64,000 nt of DNA from positions 151,990-215,989 of the forward strand of contig NW_019218159.1 in the NCBI RefSeq assembly GCF_002571385.2, read 5' to 3'. Below, in pieces: positions 11,620-23,975 of the stretch. The DNA is from Stylophora pistillata. Its lineage: Eukaryota. The stretch's first letter is position 1. The number at the start of each line of letters is the position of its first letter. Position numbers and translations under genes: made by a program. The notes under the pieces are model-generated. The model worked only from the letters and a program-made list of their open reading frames with translations. It did no database searches and was not told the DNA's origin.

Positions 11620-12260
11620 TTTTGGACAGATCACTCACCACTCCAGCCCAAACCCCTGTTATCGTTGAGCGCTCATTTACGATCAGCAGGTCAAGTCAAG
11701 AGCTTTGTTCGATTAGTGTTTCAGTCACGATCACAATAAGCAGAAGCTCAGTTAAGAGTAACCTAGTTTTTTTAATGTCAACTTTTAATGCAGGAAATCA
11801 ACTAACATGGCGCTGTGAAAGGCTTGTACAGATCGGTATTGCCATGTTTATAAAGTTCGGCTCTACTCCGGCCGAATTGAGTGTCCAAAATGTATTAAAT
11901 GTGCATATTTCAATCATGAAATTCTCTATTCTACAAGAACTTTGTGTAATATGCAAACTGTATCGTGAAAAATTGTGTACATTCACTACTTGTTAATGTA
12001 ATTATGAATTCTTTAAAACTGCTGTCTTAAAATGTGACTGTTTAAGGATCACACTTTTCTCTGGAGACCTTCTTCCAATAAAAATATCCTTCCGGCGTAA
12101 CAGAACAACACAACCACGTGCGTATCCACGTCGCCATGATCTGCATACTTGTTCGACGATTTGTCCACAGGTTACAATCGCTTGATGACAGAAAAATCTG
12201 TGTTGTTCAACCAGCGGCGTTTCACAAACAGTCAGATTTATTTTGCTAGAGTAACAAGCC
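11620..12260 (-). mobile_element. Highly degenerate LINE (CR1/L2-type) AP-endonuclease fragment
   Basis: Broken frames give RRGYARGCVVLL and SS*LDLLIVN...GV...SD, resembling APE-domain motifs. Confidence 0.35.
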
Positions 12261-12660
12261 TGCAAATTACGGCCCTAAGGGCTAAAACAGACACTTGTTT
12301 CTAAATTTGCCCTCTTGTTGTCAAGATGACAGCCTAGAGAATAAGCCAGAGACATTTTTGTGGTTTTCATTGAGCTCTAGGCAGCTTTAAGCGGTCAAGT
12401 ATCAAGGGAAGATGATAATCCGGTTCTTTTCGATATTTCACTAAAATCATGACCACAGCGCTGTTTTCTCTAGACATAAGACTGACAATCTAACGGAACA
12501 GCTAGTTTCATTCCACGCTTGAGGTTCCTTTTAGGCCGTTCGCTTTTGGCGCCCATGTCACACATTCTGTGACCAGTTGTCTAAAGTCAGCCACGCTTTA
12601 GCACATTCCGTTGTCGCGCGCGCGGCCCCTTGACTCCTTAGCAGTTGAGATTCCTTACTA

Positions 12661-13011
12661 TCATGAACTCGACTGCGAAGAAACTTGCGTTAGATCTGCT
12701 AAAGCGCCTTGTCCGGGATGCTCGTGCCTACGAACAACTCTTGACATCCTCGATGGATCCCTTGGCCACAATCTGTGGCAGAGGAACCCGACTAACATGA
12801 GCAGCAACACGAGTAATACCAACACAACACCGAGAACTAACCAGTTATACAGCTTGTGTTTTTCAGTCAGCTCACAAGCTTCACAAGCCGCTTTTTCTGT
12901 GGCATTTTCCGCGCATAAAGCGAAGGAAAGCATCCATGAACTGAACCCCTCAGCCACAAACATCCACACCGTGAGACGCTTCCATCCCGTGACAATAACG
13001 CGTGCGTCCAT
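12661..13011 (-). CDS. Type I membrane protein D (116 aa; putative signal, CxxC ectodomain, TM-GFLCHR, short tail without PY motifs)
   Basis: AAAAATGG start; TM WLVLGVVLVLLVLLLMLVGFL; juxtamembrane G-x-x-C-H as in B and C; ends in consecutive TGA TAG TAA. Confidence 0.65.
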   Translation of the reverse strand: MDARVIVTGWKRLTVWMFVAEGFSSWMLSFALCAENATEKAACEACELTEKHKLYNWLVLGVVLVLLVLLLMLVGFLCHRLWPRDPSRMSRVVRRHEHPGQGALADLTQVSSQSSS

Positions 13012-15331
13012 TTTTTACCTTGAGAATCTACCGTATCATTAGGCCAGAATAAAAGCTCTCTGTGTGAAAACGATTCGCTGTTTACATGAAACTTCACGAA
13101 GATTACAAGAATAATGAACTTAATACCCAGAGATACGAGAGAGGTCTTGAGAAGAGCTTGTATGTCAGCAGATCAGAGCCATACAACAGGTGATTGGCTA
13201 TTTGAAAACATTCACATATCATGGCATTCATTTCTGGCGGATTTTTCAGATGTCTTTCCTCTTTTCAGCGATAATGCACAAACATGGCGCCGGCTAGGAT
13301 TAAGGTTGTCAACGAGATGGTTAGCTTTGAAAGCGGTGTTTGAATAATATGTTTACATTGAGCGAGTCAATGCTCCCTCAAGGCTTACACAAGCCTTGAT
13401 TTGTTGGTTTATAAACAATATAACAACGTCATTACGCGGAAAGTCAAGGACTGGTTACTCGATCTTGGAGCCGTCATCAAAAATCGAATTTACAACTTAG
13501 AGCGCACTTGCAAACCAGTGAAGTATAAAATGCTAAAGACAAGTACGCTTCTAAGACTATCTAAGTTAGATAGTACTTGAGAATATCGGAAATGAACGCT
13601 TGCGTTATAAATGCTGTTTTTGACCTTGGCCAATTTTGGTATTACGCTGAGGTGTACGAATCACATAAGCTAACATCTGACCGAATTGATACCATGGCGC
13701 GTGTCAGCTAAAAAAAGGAGTAAGTTTTCACGCTTAAATACAAGTTCGTCTTAGAGACACCTAAAGCTGCGATGTTAGTCAACTCAGAGGTGATTGAAAT
13801 TTGCTTAAGAAGGTAAATGTACAGGAGGAATTAGCTAGATAACATAGCGGAATAAGGGCCGATTTGGCGCCTGGATTTGTCTAGATCTATAGCCTCAGGC
13901 TTTCCGATGCAATTATTATTATCAACGCCATTAATTTCGAAAAGCAAATTACTAAGACAAATCAGATCAAAGAACAGATGCGAAGCACACAATTTACTGA
14001 ACACAGTAGTATGGGACCAACCGTTTGTTTTAAAAACCGAGAAAAAGAAGATCTGAATTCCGTGCAAAATAAAACAACTCGATCCCATGATCTCAGTACT
14101 CTGACGTGTTAAGTGCCGGAGGAATAGCTGGATCAACCATAAAGGCAAATCTCTTAAATCCTGTGATGATAAGGAGAATGACTTCAGCGAGAATCGGACT
14201 CGGTGACTGAAGGGATAAAAGAAAAGGTGCATATCAAGTAATGAAAACCACTGATAAGAAGACCTTAACAGCTCTGGGAAGAATGGAACGGAAATACAAA
14301 CGAGTATCAGAAAACAACAGACCGAAGGCGGCCGAGATTGCTGCATTCCAAGCTTGGTGATATTAAGCAAGCGTGGGCAAAAACTTGGATCTGATCATCA
14401 GTTTAAAAAAAAAGAAACAAAACAAAAAACAAACACAAGAAGCCGTGTCGTATGTATTCTTAAGCTTTCTTAGAATAAATTCTTTGATGTGATAGAGACA
14501 AAAACGTGCTTTGTAAAAACATGAAGTTTGTTATCCTAGCAAGTCTACACAAGTGGACAAAATGTTTCAGTATTCGCGTTACGAAAAGATAAACAAAGTC
14601 AAAATTCCAGGGGATCTTTTAATGAGTTTTAAAATATCATTTAGTGCGTCATTGCTTACACAATCAGATTATCTTCTGAGGTATCTTACATTTGGACAGC
14701 TGCAAACAAGTAAAGGAATGAAAGAGCCGCTTCCTGTCTCAAATTATTTAACATGTAGTAATACTTGTCATATATCTGGCAAACGATGTGAGCAAACTTG
14801 GCTCAAGCAATATTCAAGAGTGCCTCATCCATCAACTTGTCTAAACGATCACTTATCATCTTTAGATCTATGGTGACTTTTCATGTAGCACACATGAATT
14901 AACATGATACCGCGTGCATGGCGAAGTCTGAAACGATCAATAGTGCTCGTCGAATTAGGAATAGTGAAACATTCATTCACACTGATTTACTAATTCAAAA
15001 CACGTACATAAGTTGCAAAAGAGTAATTACGGTTTTTTTTACATTTCTTGTGGTTCCAGACGATGTATCCATGTATGTACAGGCGTATTCAATATATCAC
15101 CCTCTTGAAAACAACTTGAACTTGTTCCTTTCAAGTGTCCAGATTGGCCTACCCGGCTAGTTGTTGTTTGAAAACATAGACTAGATTCTATCTAATTTAA
15201 AGGTATCAATCACTACCCAAAATTGTTATTTCTTGTTCTGGCATGAAACACTTATCTTTGCTCTCCGATTTACACGTTTCTTCTGTACATGCCTCTATTG
15301 CACATGTTCGAAGTTTTTTTTTTTTCTAAAA

Positions 15332-16165
15332 TCATAATCCAGAGGAACTTTCCCCAGTGTTCGACACTGCTACCTTTAAGACATCTTCGTAGCTTGGCGG
15401 GCTGGGCGAGTTTCCGTACCGCTGATCGCTGTACGGAGGAGGGTCCTCGTTCGTGTTTTGAGTATCGGGAGGAGGTTCGTGGGATTCTTCGAAATCTTCG
15501 CCATCGTCCGATCTGGGCTGAGGTTTGTCGTATGCCGAGTTAAAATCGTAAGGCGGTAAGTGCGCGTGAGGGACATAACAGCCGTTTAAAACTGCATCCA
15601 AGTCTCCATTCAGTGCAAAATTCTCAATTCCCATGTTTGATTCAGCTTGCGACGCATCGTGTCCAGTCAAGTGACGTTCGTTCCAATAATCATCCCCTGT
15701 TTGTGAACCCTGTGTCGTTGCTGAGCGGTTCCGTCGATTTCGCCTTTGTTTTGCACGGGCCAGGCAAAATGAAATCAAGCAAAAGTTTATAAATAGAATT
15801 GAAAATCCCACGAGAGCGATAGCAAATTCTTGGTTTCCTGAGAGCAAACTGTGGCTCGTGGAAGTTAGTTCCGCAGTAGTCTCCACTACTGTTATATATT
15901 TCATGGTCGCGTCCGTCGACGGATTCTGACTTTCTTTACTGTCCGACATTGATTCAACGTAAACACAATTTCCTTGTCGACAAACCTTGCCAGACCCACA
16001 GGAAATGTTTAAACGATCGCAGTCAATAATTTCGACAACTCGACTGTTGTTTTTCCGCGTAGTGTTTTCGCAATTGCTCGATGGAGGCGGACAATCTACA
16101 AAACTTATCGCTAGCTTTGCTTCAAAGGAAATCACCAAAAACAGCACCAAATTCACCGACGTCAT
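15332..16165 (-). CDS. Type I membrane PY-motif protein E (277 aa; signal peptide, 6-Cys ectodomain, S/T stalk, TM, LPPY/PPPY/PPSYEDV)
   Basis: First ATG at 16165 (track start is GTG). Signal MTSVNLVLFLVISFEAKLAIS; CDRLNISCGSGKVCRQGNC; TM FAIALVGFSILFINFCLISFCL followed by a basic cluster. Confidence 0.88.
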   Translation of the reverse strand: MTSVNLVLFLVISFEAKLAISFVDCPPPSSNCENTTRKNNSRVVEIIDCDRLNISCGSGKVCRQGNCVYVESMSDSKESQNPSTDATMKYITVVETTAELTSTSHSLLSGNQEFAIALVGFSILFINFCLISFCLARAKQRRNRRNRSATTQGSQTGDDYWNERHLTGHDASQAESNMGIENFALNGDLDAVLNGCYVPHAHLPPYDFNSAYDKPQPRSDDGEDFEESHEPPPDTQNTNEDPPPYSDQRYGNSPSPPSYEDVLKVAVSNTGESSSGL

Positions 16166-17319
16166 TTCTAAGCTTGAATCCTTAGCAGCAACTAAGTTAT
16201 CAATCCTTCCAACAACATCGCGTTTTTGCTTAGTCACAGCAGTCTGGCATATTTCCTCGCAGATATTCCACACGACTGTTCATGTTTTTGTAATTGACTA
16301 GCGATGCGGTAACATTTTCTCAACTCCCGTTGGCTAAAACTTCACTTACTATAAATTATAATTTACATGTGAAAACATACGCCGCTTAGCTACGTAGCCA
16401 AACAATAACAAGGATTTATTAACATTTAGAGCGCACTCTTCGTATTTAGTTTTATTGTTCAACCGTGTGAAACAGCTATTTGTGTTTTTGCTCGAAAAAC
16501 ACAATCAGCCGCAGGATAAAAAAACTGGTGTAGTATTTTCAAGCTTAAAATGAACCACATTCAAAGCGTGCCGAGTTCGACTAAAAAATTCACACGAGAA
16601 AAAACAACACAAGGAAAACCGTGAGGCCGTGGTAATTTATGGTGATGCTTGTAATGCAACCATTACATGAATATGCAAATTTGTAAAAGCAGCAGCATTT
16701 ACTCAAGTCAGAGTTCTGCTCCATTGCCGACGCACATTCGTGATCGCACGTTTCATTAGTAAAATGTTGCTACACACCCTAGGTGGAAATGTAATTATCC
16801 TAATCTGATGTGATCCACATGAACTACAACACACCTTCATGTTTTTCATTTTTGCAGGTCTTAATTTTGGCGATAACAAAAACAGGGCGAAAATTCTAGT
16901 TCGTGGAAAAAAGGTTACCCAAAAAGGAATTTTGAAAAATAATCTATTCATAACTAATAACCTTAAGTGTCAAAGGGAAATGTCTAATAAAATAGATCCT
17001 TTTCTAAACTGGCGTATGAAAATTGAAATGTTCTTAACTGTTTAGACAGGAAATTTGTACCAGCACCCAAATGGCATCCCTTCTTTGGGCAATTTCACAT
17101 TTAAACATAATGATGATGATGATGATAATAATGAAAGTGATAAATGAGATACAATGAAATATATGAAGTTGATATATTTTGAACAGCGGTATGAGATACA
17201 TATGATGTGCGATCCTCGCAGTACATAGCGCTATTTAAGCAATAGCGAAAATCAGACCTGAAAAAAATCAGGCCAATGAGCAAAATGAGCAAACAACGAA
17301 CTATGCCCGAAGGGTAAAA

Positions 17320-18215
17320 CTGAAAGCCAAACACCAAGCTTTAGAACAACTCAAGAGCAAATGGAAAGAAAAGCCTTTGCATGGTCAATACCCAAAAAGA
17401 ACAAAAGAGAAGGATGTAGACCAAGACCAAACCCACTATTGGTTGAGTTCACCTGGCCTCAAACCAGAAACAGAAGGTTTCATTATTGCTGCCCAAGATC
17501 AATGTATTGAGACCAACTATTACCGAAACAAGATCCTGAAAGATAGCACCAACTCAATGTGCAGAATCTGTGGGCAATTTCAAGAAACAATTGACTACCT
17601 TGTCTCCGGATGCCCGGAACTTGCCAACAAAGAGCGTATACAAAGACAGAATAAAGCTGCAGCGTACCTCCACTGGACAATATGCGAACACTACAACATC
17701 AAAGTGCAAGATAAACACTACTGACGAACATGAACCATCTACTGTGACAGAAAAACAAACAGCGACTATACTCTGGGACATGCCAATCCAAACTGATAAA
17801 GAGATAAAGGCAAACAGACCAGACATAGTGGTAAAAGACAAGGAGGAGAGAACTTGTATGCTCATCAATATGTCTATCCCCACAGAAAGGAACACCTCCT
17901 TGAAAACAGCAGAAAAACTCTTCAAGTACAAAGATCTTGAAATCGAAATCGAGAAAATATGGGGGATGAAAACAACAACCGTCCCAGTGATCATTGGAGT
18001 TGTTGGGCTTGTTAAGAAGGGAATGGAAACCTACGTTGGCAAGATCCCACGCAATATCAAAATAGCAGAGCTACAGAAGACCGTTCTCCTTGGAACTGCC
18101 CGTATACTGAGGAGGACTTTATCCATCAAGTAGTCCAGCAGACTTATGACAGCCCTGGGCTCATCGATTGAACTCGGCACCATAAGAAAAAAGAACAAGA
18201 CTTTAAGGAACTACG

Positions 18216-18246
<31 letters not shown>
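17320..18246 (+). mobile_element. 5'-truncated R4/Dong-clade non-LTR retrotransposon (zinc knuckle plus restriction-like endonuclease), frameshifted
   Basis: CRICGQFQETIDYLVSGC, ILWD..IQTD...ANRPDIVV, K..KY.DL; ends in a (TAA)n tail. Confidence 0.85.
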
Positions 18247-18248
<2 letters not shown>

Positions 18249-18555
18249 TGCAAGAGAGTTGTGACCCTGGAAATGAGCTGCCCGTGGGTTAACAATCGGA
18301 CAAGAAAGGATGAAGAGAAGACACTGAAGTACGGACCCCTTCGCTGGGAACTAAGGCAGCAGTTCCCAGGCTACGAGGTGAAGCAATATAACATCATTAT
18401 GGATGCCCTCGGGGGGTGGTCACGGGAGCTGGATGTCATGATGCGCGAGCTGGTGGGAGGCAGAAGCACAGACGTACTGCGAAAGATGCAGAGGGCAGTG
18501 CTCTCGGGCACGCTGAATANGCGACAATAATAACAATAATAATAATAATAATAAT
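18247..18555 (+). mobile_element. Second RLE non-LTR 3' fragment lying between (TAA)n tracts
   Basis: LEMSCPW...KTLKYGPLRWEL...IIMDALGGW; (TAA)n on both sides. Confidence 0.7.
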
Positions 18556-18667
18556 GACTTTATTGGATTACACAATTACTGGTAGAACCAGTAGTTTTCA
18601 TTGTGGTCCTCTAAAACTTCAAATTCAAATGGCAAAAGTACAAAGAAAAAATACAACTAAAAACTAA

Positions 18668-19180
18668 TCAAAAATTTCTGCTTATAGTAAAATTATTAAT
18701 TCTGGAGTTCCGATCTATATATTTCATGTATAGTTCATTTCTAAATTTACAAAGGGAAGTGAGACCCCTAGAAGTGCTGTCTTGGTTGTTCCGTAATCTA
18801 GTGCCACTCGCAAGAAATGAACGTTTACCGGTCATGGTGCTAAAAGAAGGTGCGGATAAGTCCATATTAGTTGACGTCCGAGTTGTGTATTGATGTCTAT
18901 TTTTAACATAACGAATACAATGATTAAAGTAATCAGGAAATTTCCCAATGATGATGCTATGCATGATACACAATTTCCTTTGCACTATTATGTGACTTAT
19001 GGGAATCTAACCTAATCTCTTAAAAAGGCCAATTGTTCTTTCAGTGCCTACACTTAAAATTACTCTAGCACAACGTTTTTTAATTCTGAGGAGCCTTTGT
19101 AAACTATCAATCCAAAAAATCCGTAATTCAAAAAATCGTAATCCAAAAAAACGTAATTCAAAATCTAACATACATAGATT
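18668..19180 (-). mobile_element. CR1/L2 LINE 3' fragment
   Basis: LQRLLRIKKRCARVIL...LFKRLG, then HQYTTR...GKRSF, typical of CR1/L2 ORF2 C-termini. Confidence 0.65.
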
Positions 19181-19561
19181 GGACCTAGAGAGAAGTGTCA
19201 TCGTTTCGACACGAGCATGGGACAAAGAAAACACCCGAGTACCCGACGAAGAATCGAACCAAAGACCTTCGGATTTCGCCCACACGATACTACTGCGACT
19301 GGGCTAAAGACATTCCCCTGGCTGGCTTACACCTTAAAACAAACTTCCGTAACTATGAAGAACTTCGAACTATTATTTCTCCAGTATGGGGAGATGCACT
19401 GACTTGAGATTTTAAGTGCACATACTTTTTAGTTATATCCATTATAGCTTCTCCTGGAGCACAGGCGGTCATCGATGAACCTCCTTCTCCACCTTTTCCT
19501 TTCCTGGGCCAGCATTTTGAGTGTGGTCTAGTTGTGGCCCAATCAGTCTTCATAGGTGCGT

Positions 19562-19830
19562 AGCATATAGCTCAACTGGTTAGAGCGCCGGATTTTATTG
19601 TGCGGAAGGTCGAGGGTTCGAGCCCTGGCCGGACCAATACTCATGGTCTTAAAATAACTGCGGAGAATTTGCTGCCTTTCTGTAACAAGAAATGGATAGA
19701 TATTCCAGTCTTCTCGGATAAGGACGAGTAAACCGTAGGTCCCGTCTCCTGAGGGTTAGGGGTAGGAGACGTTAATTTCCCACGCACGAGATTACTGTGT
19801 GGTGGACGTCCTCCCCTGGGGTGGGATGGG
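19562..19830 (+). mobile_element. tRNA-derived SINE
   Basis: A box TAGCTCAACTGG and B box GGTTCGAGCCC, followed by a non-tRNA body. Confidence 0.7.
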
Positions 19831-19832
19831 TG

Positions 19833-19863
19833 NNNNNNNNNNNNNNNNNNNNNNNNNNNNNNN
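19833..19863. other. Assembly gap (31 N)
   Basis: Run of N; a single N also occurs at 18520. Confidence 0.99.
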
Positions 19864-20499
19864 CAGCGGATAAGGATTACAAAACGTACTGCACTATCCA
19901 CCGGATAGAGATTTTTCCAGTGGAAAGCATTATCCACCCTACCGTTTGCCATGGAGATTCCATTTTCCATTTCAAGGCTTGCTTGGTAACACCGTCCAGA
20001 TTTTTCCTCAAGGTGTGACTACTTCCTCCGACTGATTTGTTTTAATTGGCTTCTGACCTTATTTTTCCATAGTTCCATGTTTGTTTTCCTGTCTGCCCAT
20101 CATAATTTCAGAATTCTTCTCAAGCACTTATTGATACATGATTGCAACTTGTTACTTTTTAAACCAGGCATATTTTCATCATGACACTTTCCATATCGTA
20201 ATAAATGCAATTTTGGTCACCAGCTTGAAGAGGAATCAGTTCTCCAATTTGACACTGACTTTCCTTATTGTAATCTGAAAAGCAATTTTGGTCGCCAGCT
20301 TGAAGAAGAATCAGTTCTCCTTTTTGAAGGAGAATTTATTTGAATGCCAGAAACAGATTTTATTCTTTGAATACACTTTTCCCGTAAACGTTTTACTGTT
20401 ATTTACATTGCAGAACTTTTACTTCAAAACATTTAATGCGAGTAGCTTAGCAAGTTACTTATAAGTTCTTATTTTTGTGGAGAGATATAAACAAAGAAC

Positions 20500-21158
20500 A
20501 CCAGCGTCTTGCTACTCGATTGATTTGTGGATCAGTCAAATCTTACTCTGAAAGGCTAACTGAACTTAACTGGTCAACATTGGAGCTAAGAAGAAAATAT
20601 CTTTGCTTGGTTCAGCTTTACAAGATAATTCATGGCTATTGTGATGTGGACTATACTAGATATATTTATCTGACTGGCCCGACCAGAAATAGAAGGAACC
20701 ATGATTTTAAAATCAGACCTAGCGCGGCAAGGATAAACTATTTTAAATTCTCATTTTTAACCGTTATGTTAATGACTGGAACTCGTTACCTAATTCTGTT
20801 ACGTCGGCTCTCAGTTTATATGTCTTTAAAAATCGATTATTTAATTATCTTTGTACTTAGTTATTTTGTATCATTTACTATAAATTACTGTATTTAGATT
20901 TTATTGTATCCTTTATTATAATTTATTATATTTAGATTTTATCGTCAAGACATAGTAGTTCCTCCGTTTTCTTTCTTATCTAGATATGTGGTTATGCATT
21001 AGACATTTCTTTTTATTTTGTTATCTTCTAACTTGGAGAGCAGTTTTTACATGGGAATTCAGTTTCCCCCTATTGCTTTCCTTTTACCTTCTGTACCTTT
21101 TTATTGTTTATTATTCTTGTACAGTGGTAAAAAGCATTATTAAACTTAAACTTAAACT
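20500..21158 (+). mobile_element. CR1/L2 LINE 3' fragment with 3' UTR
   Basis: QRLATRLI...SYSERL..LNWSTLELRR...LYKIIHG; short tandem tail (TAAACT)n. Confidence 0.75.
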
Positions 21159-23188
21159 ATAGTACAGTATTTTTAAGCTGCACTCTGTCGCGACAGAGTA
21201 TTCCAGCAAAGTGCCATGGGTCAATCGCTGTAACTGGATTAGGATAAAGGAGTGGTAAAATGAAATCTAAGGTTTAAAACCTGGGTGTTAAATTTGTACT
21301 AATACCGTCTTAAATGTAAGCCGATTAAAACAGTGTGAAGCCAAACATCTCCATCCCTTTAACAAAAGCCATATCAAGTAGCAGTCTTTCGATAATTTTA
21401 CTGCGAAACATATAATTTAGAGTCTAATTTGTCGCTGATAATAATGACTGTATTATGTAAGCAGCTTGCACAGCGGTTGGCAGCGCGTACATTTCACATG
21501 CACCGACTCGTCTGTCGGAAAGTAGCAGAAAATACAATAAAAGGAACAACTAGAGGCAAATGAAAGAATGAAGATTTTTGAAAAAAAAAAATCAAGATTA
21601 CACAGTGACAGAAGAACAATTTAGGGCACACACAAAATAGATTGGACAGTGCCAGGGAGATAAAAGCTACCGCTTCTTCTAGCCGTATAAAACTAATCAT
21701 TCCGAGAGGATATTAAACGGAGTCTTGTCCAATGTAATGAAAGTAACATTGTTTTCTCCCACATTCACCCACTTCCTTCCCTTTTCCCACTGAGCTTATC
21801 TAACTTGGATCATTTCCTCAAACAAACCAAGTCTAAACTCGAAAACGACATTTTTTAAAACTGACCGCATTGATCAATGTTAATTTCAAACAGGAAGCCT
21901 CAATCCCACACCAAGTCTAAACACGAAAACGACATTTTTTAAACCTGATCGCATTGATTAATGTGACTAGAAGCCTCAATCTTACCACTAACGTTAACAA
22001 ATCAAACAAATTAACTGCCGTTGCGGGTGTTGGATAATCTGTCCAGTGCTGTTGCAATGAATTTCGATAATGTCTATCGACATTACTGAACTAGTACTCA
22101 CACAAATTAAATTTGTAAAACTTTTATTTTGAACGATATAAATAAAAATTAAATAAATTATACAACCTTCAACGTATGCATGAACAAAGAATACTTGCTG
22201 TAACTATTTACAAAAGCAATCTCTAGCAATAAACAACATCAAATAAAATTCACTTTTACCAAGCTAATCCTTATAATAACAATGATAGCTGTGCCCGTAA
22301 GGTTAAACCAAATTTAAAAAAAAATAATAATAATAATAATACGAAGATCTTTCATATCTAAGATTTAAAAGGATATTTGCACAAAGAACTAGCGAGTAAA
22401 TTCCTGAAAACCCAAAATTCACTTATGATGAGACTTTTTTAATTAACTCCCGTGGTTTTACAAAGGAATTAAGAAAAAGCTGTTTAATTTGACACTCTTA
22501 GGTCGATTTTCCGGACTCGCCTTTTTCCGGGCCCTACGCCATGCGCCGAAATGACACAATTATGCAAATTCTGTTGAATTTTTGTTTCGATTTGTTTGTC
22601 TTTCCTTCAAGTTTTGCACAGAACCAAGCGCGAGAAAGGCAGATGTTTTTTAAATTATCATTTACAGTGAAATGCTGTAATCCATGAGGAATGCGAAAGG
22701 ACAGAGCCGCCGATATTACTTGAACTGCAAGAATAATTGGATGAAGACTATCTTCTAAACGAAACTGAAAATTAAGAGCAGTTTTCAAGCCACGTTTTAC
22801 AGCATGGTCTAAGAAGTACTTATCAAAATAAAAGTTAAGTTAACAGGCGAAAGGCAGATAGAATAAAGAAAAGCGACCCGTTACTTGCTTTGTGAAAGTG
22901 AGCGGCAACACGATCGCCGCAGTTTGTGAATTCAATTATAGTGATGATTTTTTTTCAGTAATTAACAACAATAAAGATTAAAAATTGCCGTTAGCAGTAT
23001 GATAAAAAATCATTTTAAACTTTCCCAGTTGACACTAACTTTAGCTTCTAATAGACTGACAAAGTGAGCTAACATAACAGTACCGTAAAACCATTGCGTG
23101 CGCTCTTAATCACATCGCGTGATTCAACGAACACGTCTAGTTCTTTACTTAAACTGCTCTGCATTCAAACTTTGAGAACCTTTCTTCG

Positions 23189-23770
23189 TTAACCAGCGGT
23201 AGTGATAACAGTAGTTCCTGTTTCTGAATGCTGTAGTAACTGTGAAATCTTCACCACATGCTCGTAAGGAGGGGGAGAGCTTCCGAACAAGATACCATAC
23301 TCTGGTGGTTGTTCATTAGCAGTTTCGGTCCCTACGTTTTCTTCTATGACCGTGCTTTGCATCTCGCCAATACCGTTTAAACTGAAGCTAAAAAGACTAA
23401 AATAAGGCGGAGGACCAGCAGTCATACTCAGAGACGAAAATCGCCGTCGCATTAAATACTCGGGAATTTCCACAGCCGTGCTTGAATCGCATGTGGTGTT
23501 CTCGTTCGATGGTGCGTCGACATTCTGAGACCAAGGTCCTTGTTTGAGGCACACGTAGACCAAAACGATAACCAGTCCAATAATTAATGCCACAGATATA
23601 CTCATAATGATGACGATGATTTCCACTCCGCTACCTGACATATTTGAGGTTTCACATTTGTCGCTACATAGTCCCTGAGAGCACGATTCCAATTCCCCAT
23701 TACACTGCGATGACACACCGATAACGCATGAAACTAAAAACATCGCCATACAAAAACCGAAAAGTTTCAT
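23189..23770 (-). CDS. Type I membrane PY-motif protein F (193 aa; signal peptide, 4-Cys mini-ectodomain, TM, PPPY/PPEY/PPPYEHV)
   Basis: ATG start; signal MKLFGFCMAMFLVSCVIGVSS; C-x6-C-x4-C-x3-C; TM IIVIIMSISVALIIGLVIVLVYVCL; three PPxY motifs. WBP1/VOPP1/Shisa-like architecture. Confidence 0.9.
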   Translation of the reverse strand: MKLFGFCMAMFLVSCVIGVSSQCNGELESCSQGLCSDKCETSNMSGSGVEIIVIIMSISVALIIGLVIVLVYVCLKQGPWSQNVDAPSNENTTCDSSTAVEIPEYLMRRRFSSLSMTAGPPPYFSLFSFSLNGIGEMQSTVIEENVGTETANEQPPEYGILFGSSPPPYEHVVKISQLLQHSETGTTVITTAG

Positions 23771-23923
23771 GATTTGATTAAGTCCTATCTTTTTACGATT
23801 TTAAATATTCACCTTGAGGTTTCTCACCGCTTACTTAGCTCGCTCGCGTGAGGTTGTTTCTTCCCAGTTGCGACGGTATGAGTGAAGTGCCTTTTTTTAT
23901 CTAAGTTGTTTATGTATTATGAC

Positions 23924-23975
23924 TTTATACATACCTTACACACTGGCTAAAGGACTTCCGGTTTCTATGACGTCA
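23924..23975 (-). promoter_or_regulatory. Putative promoter of gene F: TATAAA (23924-23929) and perfect CRE TGACGTCA (23968-23975)
   Basis: CRE palindrome about 40 bp upstream of a minus-strand TATA and about 200 bp upstream of the ATG. Confidence 0.4.

Noticed and set aside
11496-11996. 166-aa plus-strand ORF
   Set aside because: It spans a MITE end and the antisense strand of a decayed LINE, with no recognisable protein features.
12611-13042. Plus-strand ORFs overlapping cluster genes (also 3049, 10005, 15987, 32360, 32792, 40665)
   Set aside because: They are antisense shadows of better-supported minus-strand CDSs.
13831-14370. 179-aa hydrophobic minus-strand ORF as another cluster member
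   Set aside because: It has a TTG start, no clean TM-Cys-basic-PY layout, and is more likely the antisense of A-rich repeat-derived sequence.
19562-19640. tRNA gene (also 52940-52980)
   Set aside because: A/B-box-like motifs are present, but there is no clean cloverleaf and the sequence continues into a repeat body, so it is a SINE or tRNA-derived repeat.
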